DNA of 64,000 nt. Origin: Takakia lepidozioides. Its lineage: Eukaryota > Plantae > Bryophyta. A model generated the notes under the pieces. It was not told where the DNA came from. It saw only the letters and a program-made list of their open reading frames with translations, and did no database searches. The position numbers and the translations under genes are program-made. Positions 1 through 12,599 of the stretch are shown one piece after another. Position 1 is the stretch's first letter. Each line of letters starts with the position of its first letter. The DNA is taken from the NCBI GenBank assembly GCA_030704615.1, contig CM060733.1:57102001-57166000 (forward strand). Direction: 5' to 3'.

Positions 1-539
1 TAATCCCCCTTTCCACAAGGTAACCGGGTAGAGAACCTATTGCGGCTTATGGCTTAGACTACTAGGTTCGTAACATAACCCTGCATCTGCATCCACCGCA
101 AACACTCATATGGTCTGCTGGTCATCAACCCAACCTCACCATAAGAGAAACAATGGTGGTCTGACTGGTCATCACCCCAGCCTCACCACCGACAGCATGC
201 TCTAGGATTGGCCGGTGATCAAATCCAGACCAACCTCCTATGAAAACAAGCGCCCACACAAAACTGACATGGCGCACAGTCAAGCATGCAGGTGTGGGGG
301 GGATCCAAACACAAGAAAATCAAGACAGTAACTCCCCCACACCAAAAAAAACACTCCATAGTGTCGCTCCTGCAAGGACACCCCAGCCCAAACCCGGACT
401 GACTCTTGCCTCCACCTACGGAAAGGTTTTGGCCTACATAGAGGGTGGAAGACTACGAGGAAGAGAGACTAAAGCAATTCCTAATCCCAGAATGCTCTCA
501 TCCCACTAGTCTCCCCCTATCTCTAAACGCTCTTGCTCA

Positions 540-792
540 TGACCAACAGACATAACTACCTTCCAGGGTCTCTCAAATAACTCTCCAAGAGCCCTCAAGA
601 TGTCTCTCAAACAGTGAGGGGTCCTCTGATGAATGGACGGACACAGTTGATAAAATTGTTCCTATAATTCAAAACAGCCCTGATGAACTGGAGTATATTT
701 CAATGGCTTATAACGCTCCCATTAGTTCTTTTGAGATTGTGGAAGCAATTGAACATTTAAACGGATATCAGCTGGTGGACCTGATGGCATAG
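540..792 (+). mobile_element. Degenerate LINE ORF2 fragment (region just upstream of the RT domain)
   Basis: Translates, with a frameshift, to ...APISSFEIVEAIEHLNG..GPDGI, matching the LINE EI..AI..L...KAPGPDG motif. It is cut off at 793 by an LTR-like repeat. Confidence 0.5.
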
Positions 793-2880
793 TGACGAGC
801 CCTGGTCGTGCGTGCCAGGGTGACGACATACTAGCCTAGGGGGTCGTGGCAAGTTGCGGTGTAGGTTGGGTTCAACGAACCGCCTACCCGGCTGCGGTAA
901 GTGCAGGGGTCCGTGGCAGCTATGGATGGATCTAAACAGTCTAACTTCCTACCGGCAGCAAAGCTTAACAACTCCATTTCACAGGGCGATTTGCGTTTCT
1001 TAGTCCTGCGTTTTGTTTATGGGTTTTCAACGTCTTTAATCGTAAGCGCCTTCCAAGTTTTTGTTTATTACTACTTCCTACATGCCTGGACTCCCAACAC
1101 GCTTATAGCCGGGACGAACCTTCAAATCCCTTCACAAAACGAATCCCGAGCCCAGGAAGACAGGGATCATCTATCTCCCGCCCAATGCCCCCCCTAAACC
1201 CCGAGGTGGATTAGTTTCCTACCTCCTAGGAAGGGACCGGATCCGTTTTCCCAAGTCAGTCTCCCCTGCTTAGAGCGATCTAAAGTTTCAACCTCAATGG
1301 TCAGTCCATTGGGTGAATTATGACAATTCAAACCTCTAGGTAATTCCCGAGATCTAGTAATACAATGGCCGTTCCTTGGCCCAAGGCCCCCCCCAACGGT
1401 CGGGTATTTGCCTTCCAATATCCTCGGTGGCTGGGGGCGATACCTCCATTAAAACATCCGTTTTAAAGTTAAGGGGGTCCGGATAAAATCCCTTATTAAA
1501 GGCGAATTACCCTGCTGAATAATAAAGAACAAATAATTAAAACCTTCCTACAAATGCATGAAATTTGTAGAAATAGAGAATTATCGTAGGATTCTGGAGC
1601 TAACCAAATTACCCTCAAGGTACCAAGGGAATGCCCTGGGAACGCCATTTATGTCGGGAGCATTAGGGAACCGTTCTCCACTTGGGAGCGCTCCTAAATT
1701 CCTATACCAAACCAATCAATAACGCATTAGCAACTTAAACAATCATCCGGCCAGGATGAATGAAATCTGTTGCCCATTAGTTTCTCATCCGATTGCTTGC
1801 ACCTTGCTGGTGTATAAACAATGATTAAACATTCAGTAGGTCCCATGGTCCTTTCCATGCGCCTCTTCCACCTACTTCCAATATAATCTGATTAATTTAT
1901 GCAATCAACCAACCTAGAACAAATTGGGAACATGTCATCTTCTACCTTGTGAAACCCCTACCAGGGATTCTCTCCTCCCTTGTCTCTGGGCTCTCTCTCT
2001 CTGCCTGTGGCATCCACCCGTGAGCCGTGCTTCCACAAGCCCCGGGATACATATCAAACTGATGGCCTCAATCTGGCCTATCCAATGGTACCAACCATGT
2101 CTTATCCTTTGCTAAAATACGCCTTCATTCCCATGCAAGAAGAACACCATGAATAGTGCACAAGAAATCAAAAGCATAGGGAGAAAACCCCCCTTAAAAT
2201 ACTCGTACCAGGGACCAACAGTCCCTGGCGGGGTCCGTCGCAATATCCAACGGTTAAAACCGATACCCAGCGGCCAACGCTACGTGGCGCGGCGTGACTG
2301 GCCCGCCGCCGGCGCGGGTCCAGTGGGTAATAGCAGGCTCCGTTGTCTCTGCCGCTCGTGTCGTACCTGCGCGGGCCCAACTATGGCGCCTGGTGCTGCC
2401 ATGCAGTGTACCAGCAACCCATACGTTGCTCCAGGGGTCAACTCCCCCCACGGGGGAAGGCCACGCTACCCGTGTTAGATGCGCATTTCCATGGCGATTC
2501 TAGGCAACCTCCTTGGTTGACCTCCAGCCTAGAGGCGCCTAAGGCGCCGACACTTTAGTGCTGGGCTCTGCCTTTTTTTGGCAGCTTTCTACAAAATAGC
2601 TTAACCACTTATAAAGCTAGTTAGCACTGCCTCCCATGGTCCTCTATGGCCAGGGGGCTTATGAACATAGATATGAACTTAACAATATGGAAATTTTGGC
2701 GATAGCTTTGCCGTCTCATGCAATATGGCCGTTGCCATTAAGCTAGAAAGAGAAATTTGACAAGAGCTTCGTCACTTCATGCAAGCTTACCCTCTCCTTA
2801 AACATAATAATGGACATCTACCCTCATTTCCATGACGTAATTGGGTTAGATTCCTAAGGCCCTGTCTCTTGGGGCTTCAC
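793..2880. mobile_element. LTR-like repeat (probable Gypsy LTR), related to 13069-14790
   Basis: Starts TG(acgagccc). 795-1200 aligns clearly with 13071-13460 (e.g. ggggtcgtggYaagttgcggtgtaggttggg). The right boundary is approximate and no TSD was found. Confidence 0.45.
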
Positions 2881-3533
2881 ACCTGTGCTCTTCACACATG
2901 CACATAGAGATGCACACACATCCTCTTTGAAAGAGGGTTAGTTTTTATAGATTTCTAGCAAGCAATGCTATAAGGTCCCTTCTTGGAACAAGTTTGAACA
3001 ACAAATGAAACAAATAAATTCAAAAGTCAAGATAATATGGTAAGTCACCCTCTGAAACAAGTGGTGCTTTGGATGCACTAAATCGCTCGGTAGAATGGTA
3101 CTCAAATCTGGTCCTCCTCCGGCCTCCTACTCGTCCTCAAGTCTCCCACTTCATGGAGCACTTCCTCTACTTCTCGCCTCAAATGGCCACAAGGCCTTGA
3201 GCTAGGACTATCCCGCTCTCACTACGCTTGCTTCCACTACTAGAGAGCCACAAGCTCAACCCTCTAGGATCTAATTCCCTCAAGCTCAAAACTAACTACA
3301 CAAGCAAGAGGCCAAAGCACAGAAATGAGACTAGATGAAGAACAAGAGGAGCCTGCTCTTCTTTTATTGTGTTTTTGGGGCCTCTTAAACTAGTGAAGGA
3401 TAGCCTTAAGCTATTATTTCCTACATGAGTCTATAATTTAAAAACAATAGAATACCATAAAATAATAACCATGGATGGAAAACCTTGGTGTTTTTGTTTC
3501 TTCTTTCCTGCGGAAGTCCCGGCCTCATTGTCA

Positions 3534-4821
3534 TCATTGCCGGCTGTCGACGACTTGCGTTTTCCTCTTCGGCTTTGATACTTCCTCTAGTGCTCGTTTC
3601 TTGCGAATGTCGTTCCCCATTGCGTGCAGAAGATCCAGAAAAATACTCCAGGCCCTCGACAAACCTACGTCTGTAAATACAGAGCCCTCGTCTAGAAATC
3701 TAAAACCCAGTGCAACGCATTCACTCATCAACGACTTGTTCAGACGACCCAGCTCCACTTTGAAACCAAACGTCCTGGGGGTTCTCGCATCCTCATGCAG
3801 GAACAAAGCCAACATCGGGTTTTCCTCTTCAGATTCAAGCTCTATATCGAGAGCTTCTGCATATTTTAAGTCTGTTATAACTCCAAGTTTTTTGTAATGA
3901 AAAGACAGTTTGTGATCAGGAGGTGTACCGACGATGCCCCAATCTGTCACCTCTGGGTTAAGCTCAAAAACAGCGGTATGCTCAGTTTTGAAATGTGAGG
4001 ACTTCCGGCATACGAATGCGCCGCAAATATCTCCAATCAATCCCGGGACGCAATTTGGTGGTGTAGGATGTCTTCTGTTACAACCAAACACAAATTTATT
4101 AGATAATCAAATAACAGGATCTCTCTTACTAGCATCCATCATTCCAAAAATGAAAACCTCCACTGGACAGTGGAGGTTCCTATGTACGAGTCTTTCTATA
4201 TGAAATGGGAAATCCTCCATTTTTTTTCAATAGTAGTTCCAGGACTCCCCCGCTCGTTTCAGTGTCCAGGAGGAAGTTTGGAGGATAATATCCTTCAGAA
4301 CCTGATGTGGATTCAGGAGATGCTGGATATCCAAAAACGGCCACTCGTATCGCCGCCAATGTGTCTGGGGAATAGTCTGAAGGGGTGTATGTCGGATAAT
4401 CTTGGGAGTGGGCAGGAGATCCGTTGATATCACTGTTTACATGAACGCTTTCTCTTATTTCCGCCAGGGTATCCTTACAGATGACTTCAGGTGTATTGCT
4501 CGGAGATTCGGCTGCGTTCCGCGGGGATTCTACAGTCACATTTTTGTCATTGACAGACACTTTGTTCGGCTCGGTAGACCCCCAACTGGATTTTTCATCT
4601 GGTTCCGAAACACCATGTTTTTGATCTAGACAGTCCGCTTCCATCACGTCTACCAAACACTGTCTCTTGCTCCAATTTAATCTGGCTGTCTTGTACTCAT
4701 CGTCAGACACCGGCTCCCCACCCTCGTTCCACTTTCTCATTCTGACATAAAAACTAATCAGAGTGTGTAACTGGCTGACCCAAAGAAATATCAAACTCCA
4801 CTGGGTAGTGGAGGTTCCCAA
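3534..4821 (-). pseudogene. Uncharacterised, probably TE-borne, two-block coding sequence
   Basis: Two long minus-strand ORFs (185 and 213 aa) with protein-like composition. An in-frame stop lies just upstream of 4091. No family recognised. Confidence 0.3.
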
Positions 4822-5019
4822 TTATCGTATCCCGGTCTCGTTGGAAAGTATGTGTCACACTTACAATGTTACACATTTGATTCCATCACTCGTTCCCACA
4901 TCGTCTCAAACTGATTTCAATTTTTCCGTAATTATCCGATTTCGTCCTTACTTTTAAAAAATGCCTTTCAGCTTCCGCATACAGAATTCACGCGAACCTC
5001 CACTGGGCAGTGGAGGTTC
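4155..5019. repeat. Three dispersed copies of palindrome AACCTCCACTG-NN-CAGTGGAGGTT
   Basis: Copies at 4155-4178 (perfect 11-bp arms), ~4793-4816 (imperfect) and 4994-5019 (12-bp arms). Confidence 0.85.
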
Positions 5020-6689
5020 CAGTTTCTGGTTGCTCATGTGCATGACATGGGTCTACGAATACTCTACTCTGGCTTGCACGAATATTGTTAGCATATGTCT
5101 ACTGTAGAATACAAGTAGACTAGGCTATCGTGGTTTTTCAGAATTGCCGAATTCGACATAATTGGATAAGAAATGAAAATTTCCATTCAGAATCGAATTT
5201 GAGTGGGAAGAAATGCATCAACTAACGCTGGATTTGGGGATCAAGAAAACGGTTGAGAAATAAACATCCGGGCATTTTCGAAACCACTGTCCTCAATAAA
5301 CCACCACAATGAACAAAACAAGCAATATAACCAGCACGGTAATCTCCCGCCACCCTAAACCATTACCCTAATCGACCAGAACAAGCACACACAAACCCAA
5401 TTGCACACAAAACCACCCTACAAACCATTGGTGAATTGAAGTTCCTCCACCAGTGTGCACAATACGAATCACTATATCTCTCGGCATACAATAGAAAGAC
5501 AGTGGATTCAAACCTGCAAGTGAGATGCGACCAAAGCTTTCTATACGTAACACCAAGTCACCTATGTCTGGCACTTACATTGTATATTAGTTCAACTTTT
5601 GCTCCACGAATGCACACACGTTTGGATAGATGACTGGATAGATGAATGAAAAAAGGACAAAATGATTGTAATGACGCCATTGGTCAGACTCTTTAAGATG
5701 AGTCCCTGGCAAGCGATTCCTTCCCTTGCTCTGCAATCCCACTTGGCATCCAGCAGCACCTAGACATCAGAATATTAAGTGGAAGCCCTCACCTCTGTCC
5801 GTCCCAAAAACAACCACAACGCATTGTGAGTTAGTGAGGATAAGCAAAACCAACAGAAAAAAAAACCTTTTTTACTGTTTGGGGGAGAGTCGTCATCTCT
5901 CCACAAGCCTAACCGTGCAGGGAGGACTCCGCCAGCACCACAACACTGCTACCTTAACCAAAGCAAGGTCTTGCCAAGCACAAGAAAAAAAGAGCTTGGT
6001 CTCAAAAGGTAGGGTTTATAAAGGGAGGGAGAGAGACTTCCTTGTGCCGCCATTCATCAAGGATCCAGAGGAGGGCTCCTAGGGAAACGTCATAGGCATG
6101 CAGGTGGTATCTCCGCCATCACTGCCGCGGTTCCCTTGTGCAGCAAAAAAAACAGACAACTGAGACAAGGAATCTTCCCTCATCTCTAAGCCACTGCCAT
6201 CGCCTTAAAGAGCCCGCCCAGGCATCGCTCACAGGAGCCATAAACACTCAGGGATTGGCAGCTCAAGGTATCTGCAGCACGAGCACCATCGCTCCTCACA
6301 AGCCGCCATTGCGCGCGCTCTTGAAGTGCAAAAAGAAAGACATTAGGGTTGCGCAGGGTTTTCCCCTGTCTGGCCCGTCATTCATCCTCCTCAGGATGAA
6401 AAACATCCGCTAGTCTGTCCGCCCGACGGACGTTGTCCGTTTCTCATCCATGGAAGATGAAAGACATCGTGCTTTCATCCTGTCTTGCACTCAACGGATG
6501 TAGTCCGTATTGGTTAGATGAAAAAACATGGGGGTTTTTTTTTACCTGTATTGCCCTGTATTTAGGTCCCGTCAGATGAAGTCCTTTTTTATCCAAGTTG
6601 GATTGAAAAAGTAGAAACTGACGGGAGTTTTGCAACTCACAGGTTTTTTAGTGAAAATATTTCACTAGGAATTTTTTTTTAAATTCATT

Positions 6690-9600
6690 TTAGATAAAAA
6701 AAACATCCAAAATTCCCTGCAACCCAATTTTGCAATTTGTTTTCCAATTTCTTAAAAAATGGAAGTTGGGACAACAATTCCATAAGCCCAGTGTCCAGAG
6801 GGAGAGAGAGGGAGAGAGAGGGAGAGAGAGATCAGGAAACCAAAAAAAAGAAAAATGGGGGGAGGGGGGAGTGACTGAGCCCGTGGTGCTTAGCAGCTGG
6901 TGGTGGTGCTCAGTCCCCCCCCCCCCCCCCACCTTTTTCTTTTCTTTGTTGCCCCCTCTCGAGACCCCGAGCACTTGCTGCTCTCAGCCCCCGACATGCT
7001 TGGTTTTTTTTGTTTTTGATCTGGAATGTAGAGGTTGTTTCCTAATGAGGCCAATTTGTGGGTTTGCATGACAGGTGCCAGCTTATGGGGAAAGAGAAGA
7101 AGTCCCCTGCCCCAAAGAAAGGGGCGGATAATCCGTTTGCTCTGCCGGCACGTGTGACGCACCAGGGCGTCTCACGGTTAACCAGCCCCGTCGATAGCCG
7201 CAGCCGGAGGGTTCGTCTGCCCCCCGAGGCCAATACCCCCCCTCTTGTCCACATCTTGGATGCGCCAGGGGCCGGCTCAGCCAGCTCTCCTATTCGGGAG
7301 GTTGTTGCTGAGCCCGATGCTCAGTTGAGCACACCCCCGGCCACCAAGGCGGGTGAAATGTACCTTGGCAAGCACATCACCCGTTCGGGGGCCCGGTATG
7401 GGCACCTTTTGGATGTCACCCCCATAGCGACCCCTTCCTCCGCAGCAAAGGCTGCACTTGCCAAGGCCCAACGTCAAGTTCAAGGGCCTTTGAAAGCCTC
7501 CATTGCCAGCCCATTGTTGTCGATGAGGGAGGAGGAGACGAGGAGGGCCAATGAAGTGGCCAAGATAGTGAAGCGCCTCGAAGAAGTCAAGCCGGGTGAG
7601 GGCTTCTACCCTGATACGCATTTGGGGGGGGGAGAGGAGGAGGTATGGCCGGTTCGGAGCAGCATAGCCGATCAGAGACACTGCCCCCTGAGCCTGAGCG
7701 GTCAGCAAAGAAGGGCCTGGACTACGGGGCGCCGCCGCCGGCTATGCTCCACATCTGGAATCTACTTCCAGTGGCGCTCCGGGAGGGGATAGAGCGGGCA
7801 CATCTAGCAACGGGGACTCCTCCCACATCGGGTGACACTGGAGGCGAGTTGGACAAGCTTGCAAAGGTACAACTGTCGCACCTTGTTCCATGATTTATCC
7901 TTTCCTTTGCATGCATGATTTTCTTTGTTGTTTGTTTCTTTTTTTGAATTTGGAGGGGTTATTTGTCTTCAGGAGGCAGCAACATGGCTGGCCTCATTGG
8001 TGCAGTCCAGTGGGGTTGCCAATGAGGGAGAGCATGTGGTGTTCATGAAGGACCCAAACACCAAAGGTAAGAAGAAGAGGCCTCGATCTCCCGAGATCCC
8101 TTTTACCATCAATGAAGGGGTTGCCGAGGAGAGAGAGAGAGAAGGGAGAGGGAGAAGGAGAGAGAGGAAGTAACGGGGAAGGGGAAGGAAAAGAAGAAGA
8201 AGAAAAAGAAGTCCCATGGAGAGGAAGGGGTGAGTGTGCATGCGGGGGAGGGCAGTGGGGTAACAAAGGAGTAGGGGAAGGAGGCTACAAAGAAGGGAGA
8301 GGGTGGGATGGCCTTGGCGATACAGGACGTGGAGTTGGCAAAGATTGTGGTGCCACTGGTGGAGGTGAATCGCCATGGTGACCCCTGCGGTGCGTTCTGG
8401 GAGGCTATGAAGAAGCCAGCCTTCGAACTCACATTGAGGTGGTTCCCTTTGCACATCGAGTGGGCTGATCAGTACTTTGGCGCGAAGCGGGCGTATGCCC
8501 GCGAGTTAGACCGCCGGTTTCCGGGCAATTGGAGTGACACAAGGGTGATGGAGATGGTGGGGCGAAATTTGAAGGACAGGATGTACCGTGCTAGATAGAT
8601 CATTCAGAGGGCAATGGAAAAGGGGGCCATACCCAAACCACCTTATGGAATTACACAAGTTGGCAAATCTTGAATCATGTCACCTTCCATTTGTCGCATG
8701 TGCATTAATGAGGTGGATTCGATGCAACTTATGTGTGTAATTCACTAATTGTTGGGGGGGGGGTGCATAGGTAGCGTGGGATGCACTTATTGCGGGAGAG
8801 ACTGATGCTGCAAACAAGGCCAAATTTGACCGGGCACGCGAAGCAACAACAGTTCGCCTTGACAAGCACGAATCCACATACAAGTGGGGCGCCGACGGAT
8901 CCAAGGGTTTTATCTTGCGATTTGTAAGTCGTACTTCCCTATGGATTTTGTTATGTCTTCTTTCTGGCTCCATCATCGCGAAGAACTGACTTTAATTTTG
9001 TGGCATGTGTAGCAACGTGCGTTTGAGAGGAAGCCATCTCCGGTAGAGTACAACTACGCCAAGGAGCATGGTTGGCAATCCCTCATGAAGAACATGGCCA
9101 ACACAGAGGGGATGAGTGCACTACAGGGCACTAGTATGGATGAGATCGAGGGTCATGGCCAGGGATTGGATGAGAGCTCTGTGGGACTTAAGGAAATGCC
9201 GCCTCATTTACGTGCTCTGACAAAGGGCGCGGAGTCATCAGGCTCATTGGATAGCTCTGAGTCCTCCACTGAGGATGAGGATGAGGATGACTAGTCCTAG
9301 TCCATGTAGGTCCCAGGGTCAGCCTACTAAACCCTTGTGAGCTTTTCAGCTCATTTCCTGCTAATATATTTCCATCTTTCCATCTTCCATCTTATTCATG
9401 TGTCGCACCGTCCTCACCCTTGATTCATGCTTGCTCAATTGTGTACTTGCTAAATCAGAGAAATGGAACGTGTTTTTGGGCGGGGGTTGCAAGCAACGAC
9501 AGTCGGGCGTCGCAAACCCCATTTGCGGGCGGCAACGCCCGACACCCCCTGCGACGTGTTTTTTTGGTCCGGGGGTCGCAAGCCGCGACGCCTTGGCGTC

Positions 9601-10141
9601 GCGGAGACCGCCACCCTGCCTGCGCCACATCTTTTTTTTTGATAAAATATAAAACAAAAGCGACGCCGGAGCATCGCAACAACCCACGCCCGGGCGTGGT
9701 GGAGACCGACTCCTGCTCCTGCTGTTTTTTTGCCACGCCCAATAGTCGCTTGGTGTACCACCCGGCTTATGCCACGTGTTTTTGGGTTTTAGGATGGGAC
9801 TCCTGGGCAGGTTAGGAAAAAAAAGGGATGCGACGCCGCGCCGGCGCCCCCACCAACGCCGTCGGCTGGAGGGCCGCGACGGCGAGACGTCGCTCAAAGA
9901 GGCCCCTGCCATCGGCGCGGACGGCCTGAAAAACCGATGTCCGGTAGTCGCGGGAGTTGGGGCGGGGGCTCGTGACCCCCATACGTTGCATTTTTGCAAC
10001 GTCATTTTGGCGACGCCCATGCGACTGCCGGACGACGGCCGGGCGTTGCAAATTCTGCGCCTGCCGCGTGTCCGAAAAGGGCGTTTTTCCGACACTGCGG
10101 CGTGGCGCGGGCGTCGTAAAGGCCCCCCTTTTCCTGTAGTG
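6690..10141 (+). mobile_element. CACTA (En/Spm) transposon, right part, with degenerate TnpA/Ptta-like multi-exon gene
   Basis: Terminal ttttcctgtagtg at 10129-10141 is the reverse complement of CACTACAGGAAAA. GCGACGCC/GGCGTCGC subterminal repeats lie at 9470-10120. Exons at 8308-9294 read W-D-A-L...K-A-K-F-D-R...KWGADG...F...R-K-P-S-P-VE, resembling Transposase_24. The left end was not found, so the start is approximate. Confidence 0.65.
9470..10141. repeat. CACTA subterminal repeat region and terminal inverted repeat
   Basis: Many GCGACGCC/GGCGTCGC-type motifs in both orientations, ending at the CACTA TIR. Confidence 0.75.
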
Positions 10142-11360
10142 GCCATCCCCCAATCGCATATCCCGATATACACATCTTCAGACCCTTGTGGAAAATGCAA
10201 CAAGATGTTGTCGGGGGGCATGTCGTTGTGCAAGAGGTGGTGATTATGGACGTTGAGCATGATGTGCAAAAACGCCCATGCCAATTGGGTGCGATTCTGT
10301 CGGAATCGGACCAGTCGGTTGACCTCCTGCATTTCCTGCTCCATCCCCCGTCGTTCCATTAACTCCATGTTATCTCGATCATTCCCCCATTTCCTGTCAA
10401 TACTCAACCATGATCGTATAGTCTCCCCATTCCACCAATGTGTGTAACCTTCATTTTGACGTGGATGCAATGCAAAATATTTTATGATGCCGAAATAATG
10501 GAACTTTACAGCCAACGCCTCATTGTCATGTTGGACTTTGGCAAGCTCAGCATTTGTTTCCCTGGGCGTTTTCCCTGCTAGCTCCTAGGATGGAGGAATG
10601 AATTGATCCCCAACAATTCTAACCCTCCGAATTGTACCATACCCTCCTTGTTTGGGCGCGTTGAGTTGTTGTACCTGTGCGTTTGTGGATATGTATCTCA
10701 CGTTCAATGCCGCATCCGTGGACAAGGACCCTGCCTTCCATGGGAGTGGTTTCGTACGTTGTTTGGCGTGGGCCTTTGCCATGTCAGACCACCAGTCCAT
10801 AAGCACAAACAACTCATCCTCCGAAGTTGGCATGCGACCTTCAGCTACAGGTGTTCTCGTAACAAACTTGTCCATGGTTTGCCTCAGATTCCATGTGGCA
10901 TCATGGGCCCTGTCCTCCATCCATTTTGTGAACTGGAACTTTGTCTGTCCTCCTCCCATGCATCCCCGGTCAAAGCCTCCCTCATTCTCATCTCCATATT
11001 GTGCTGGAATCTAAGAGCCCCTCATTCCCATGTCGGACATATAAAAGATTCAAACGCATTATGTCATTGTCCTTCAAATAATCCAGCACTACTTGCTTGA
11101 CCACCTTCGCGGCCTCTTTGCTTGGATAGTCTTTTTTCCTGACTATCCCGTTCATGTGCATGTTTACGCTTCCTACCTTTACGCCCACTTCCCGTGGAAC
11201 CCCCTGACACTGTGTTCAAAGCAATGTTTCCGGACATGATGAAAGTACTCTGCGGAATAGACGCGGCTTCGTATCGGAAAACTAGACCCAAACTATTCAT
11301 AACCTTATATACTAGCGGATCAATTTCCTTACCCTCTATTGGTATAGTACCCAAAGCAAA
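10142..11360 (-). pseudogene. Protein kinase pseudogene truncated by the CACTA insertion
   Basis: Same-frame ORFs 10585-10959 and 9361-10515 are separated by one TAG. Motifs: Gly-loop KQGGYGTIRRV, ELAGK (VAIK lysine), NEALA (alphaC), HNDMPPDNILL (catalytic loop) and DWG (DFG). The sequence switches to the CACTA TIR immediately after DWGMA. Confidence 0.8.
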
Positions 11361-11616
11361 TTGTCTCCCGCAGTCCCTAAAAAAAAAGGCAAAAACTCCT
11401 CCCCCACACAAATCCACTTCCCCTCCCCCCCACGGCTCAGTCCTGGCCACCGAAATTGAAACTCCAAGAAGCCCCAAAACCGCACTCACAGAGATGGAAA
11501 AAAATGGGTTGGGAATGGGGGGTAGGCCCTTATATACTGCCCGGAGAGGCCTACCTTGAGCGGCGCGCGACCGCCTTTGCTGCCCATTCGCGCCTCGCCA
11601 CGTGTCCAGGTAGCGG

Positions 11617-12122
11617 TCACACCTATGGGTGGTCGCAGCTAATAACAAAACAAAAAAACTACTGCGACCACCCCCTGCTGGTGGTCGCACCTTTTTTAAA
11701 AACTAAAAGAAAATGTGCGACCCCCCCTAAGCGGTCGCACCTAATAACAAAAAAGAAAAATTTTGCGACCACCATTGGCTGGTGATCGCACCCATTAGAC
11801 CTAGAAGTTCTGCCAAGGATATTGTAGTGGGTTTCAAAGGTTTTGACAATGTCAACCGATGAAGTTACCATTGCACCCTTAGTAGTCTTCAGCGCTTGTA
11901 CTTGAAGAAATTATACGGGACAAGTTATACAGTGAAATAAACTCAAACCACCATGGTGGTAATGACAAGAGATTTGGGTTGGTAATTAAAAATGTGCGGC
12001 CACCTCTGCTGGTGGTCGCACCTATTAAAAAAAAATGAAAATGTTGCGACCACCACCTGCTGGTGGTCGCACCCATTTAAAAATAAGTAAAAATGTGCGA
12101 TCACCCCCTTCTGGTGGTCGCA
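11617..12122 (-). repeat. Hairpin array TGCGACCACC-n6/7-GGTGGTCGCA with A-rich spacers (7 copies in two blocks)
   Basis: Copies near 11617, 11663, 11716, 11764, 11995, 12045 and 12096. It is an inverted relative of the array at 51605-52190. Confidence 0.85.
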
Positions 12123-12153
12123 CCTTTTTTTGGAAAGTATGGCCCTTCCATTG

Positions 12154-12392
12154 GGAACTGTCCTTGTCATGATTGCTGAAGATGAGACCGTGGTGAAACG
12201 ATTGGTTAGATGGGTTGCTCGGGATGATATTCTTTTGGGATTTTGCGGGGTTCGAGAAAATCATGCTTGTGCATCAAATTTTGTAGTTGAAATAGGAGAG
12301 GGTGAATGAGCTTTTGGCAAGATTGTAGATGTCTTCAAGGACAACACGATAGCTCATTATGCTAGAGTGTTGATAGCAAATCCTTTGCATGT
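12154..12392 (+). mobile_element. DDE transposase fragment, probably P-element-like
   Basis: Translates VMIAEDETVVKRLVRWVARDDILLGFCG..HAC...GE*AFGKIVDVF...ARVLIANPLH. The first-Asp DET..K plus D...GF.G pattern resembles P-type transposases. Confidence 0.4.
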
Positions 12393-12599
12393 TAGTTTTT
12401 CAGATAAATAATGAAGTCCACGTAATGAGGCCACATCGGTTGCCACGTTGGTTCTCATAGTAGATAATCAATAATCAAGTTAAAAAAAAACATAATTATG
12501 TACAGTAACGTCTGTTTTGGACGTGACATGACGCACGTCTGTCGCTGACGTCAGACGTGACGCTGACGCATCAACGCCACGTCACGTCCAAATTTGCAA

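Noticed and set aside
8105-8305. Purine-rich ORFs on both strands
   Set aside because: Low-complexity GA-rich sequence; the ORFs are a by-product of composition.
9361-10515. 384-aa ORF as a single protein
   Set aside because: A chimera of the kinase fragment read through into CACTA subterminal repeats.
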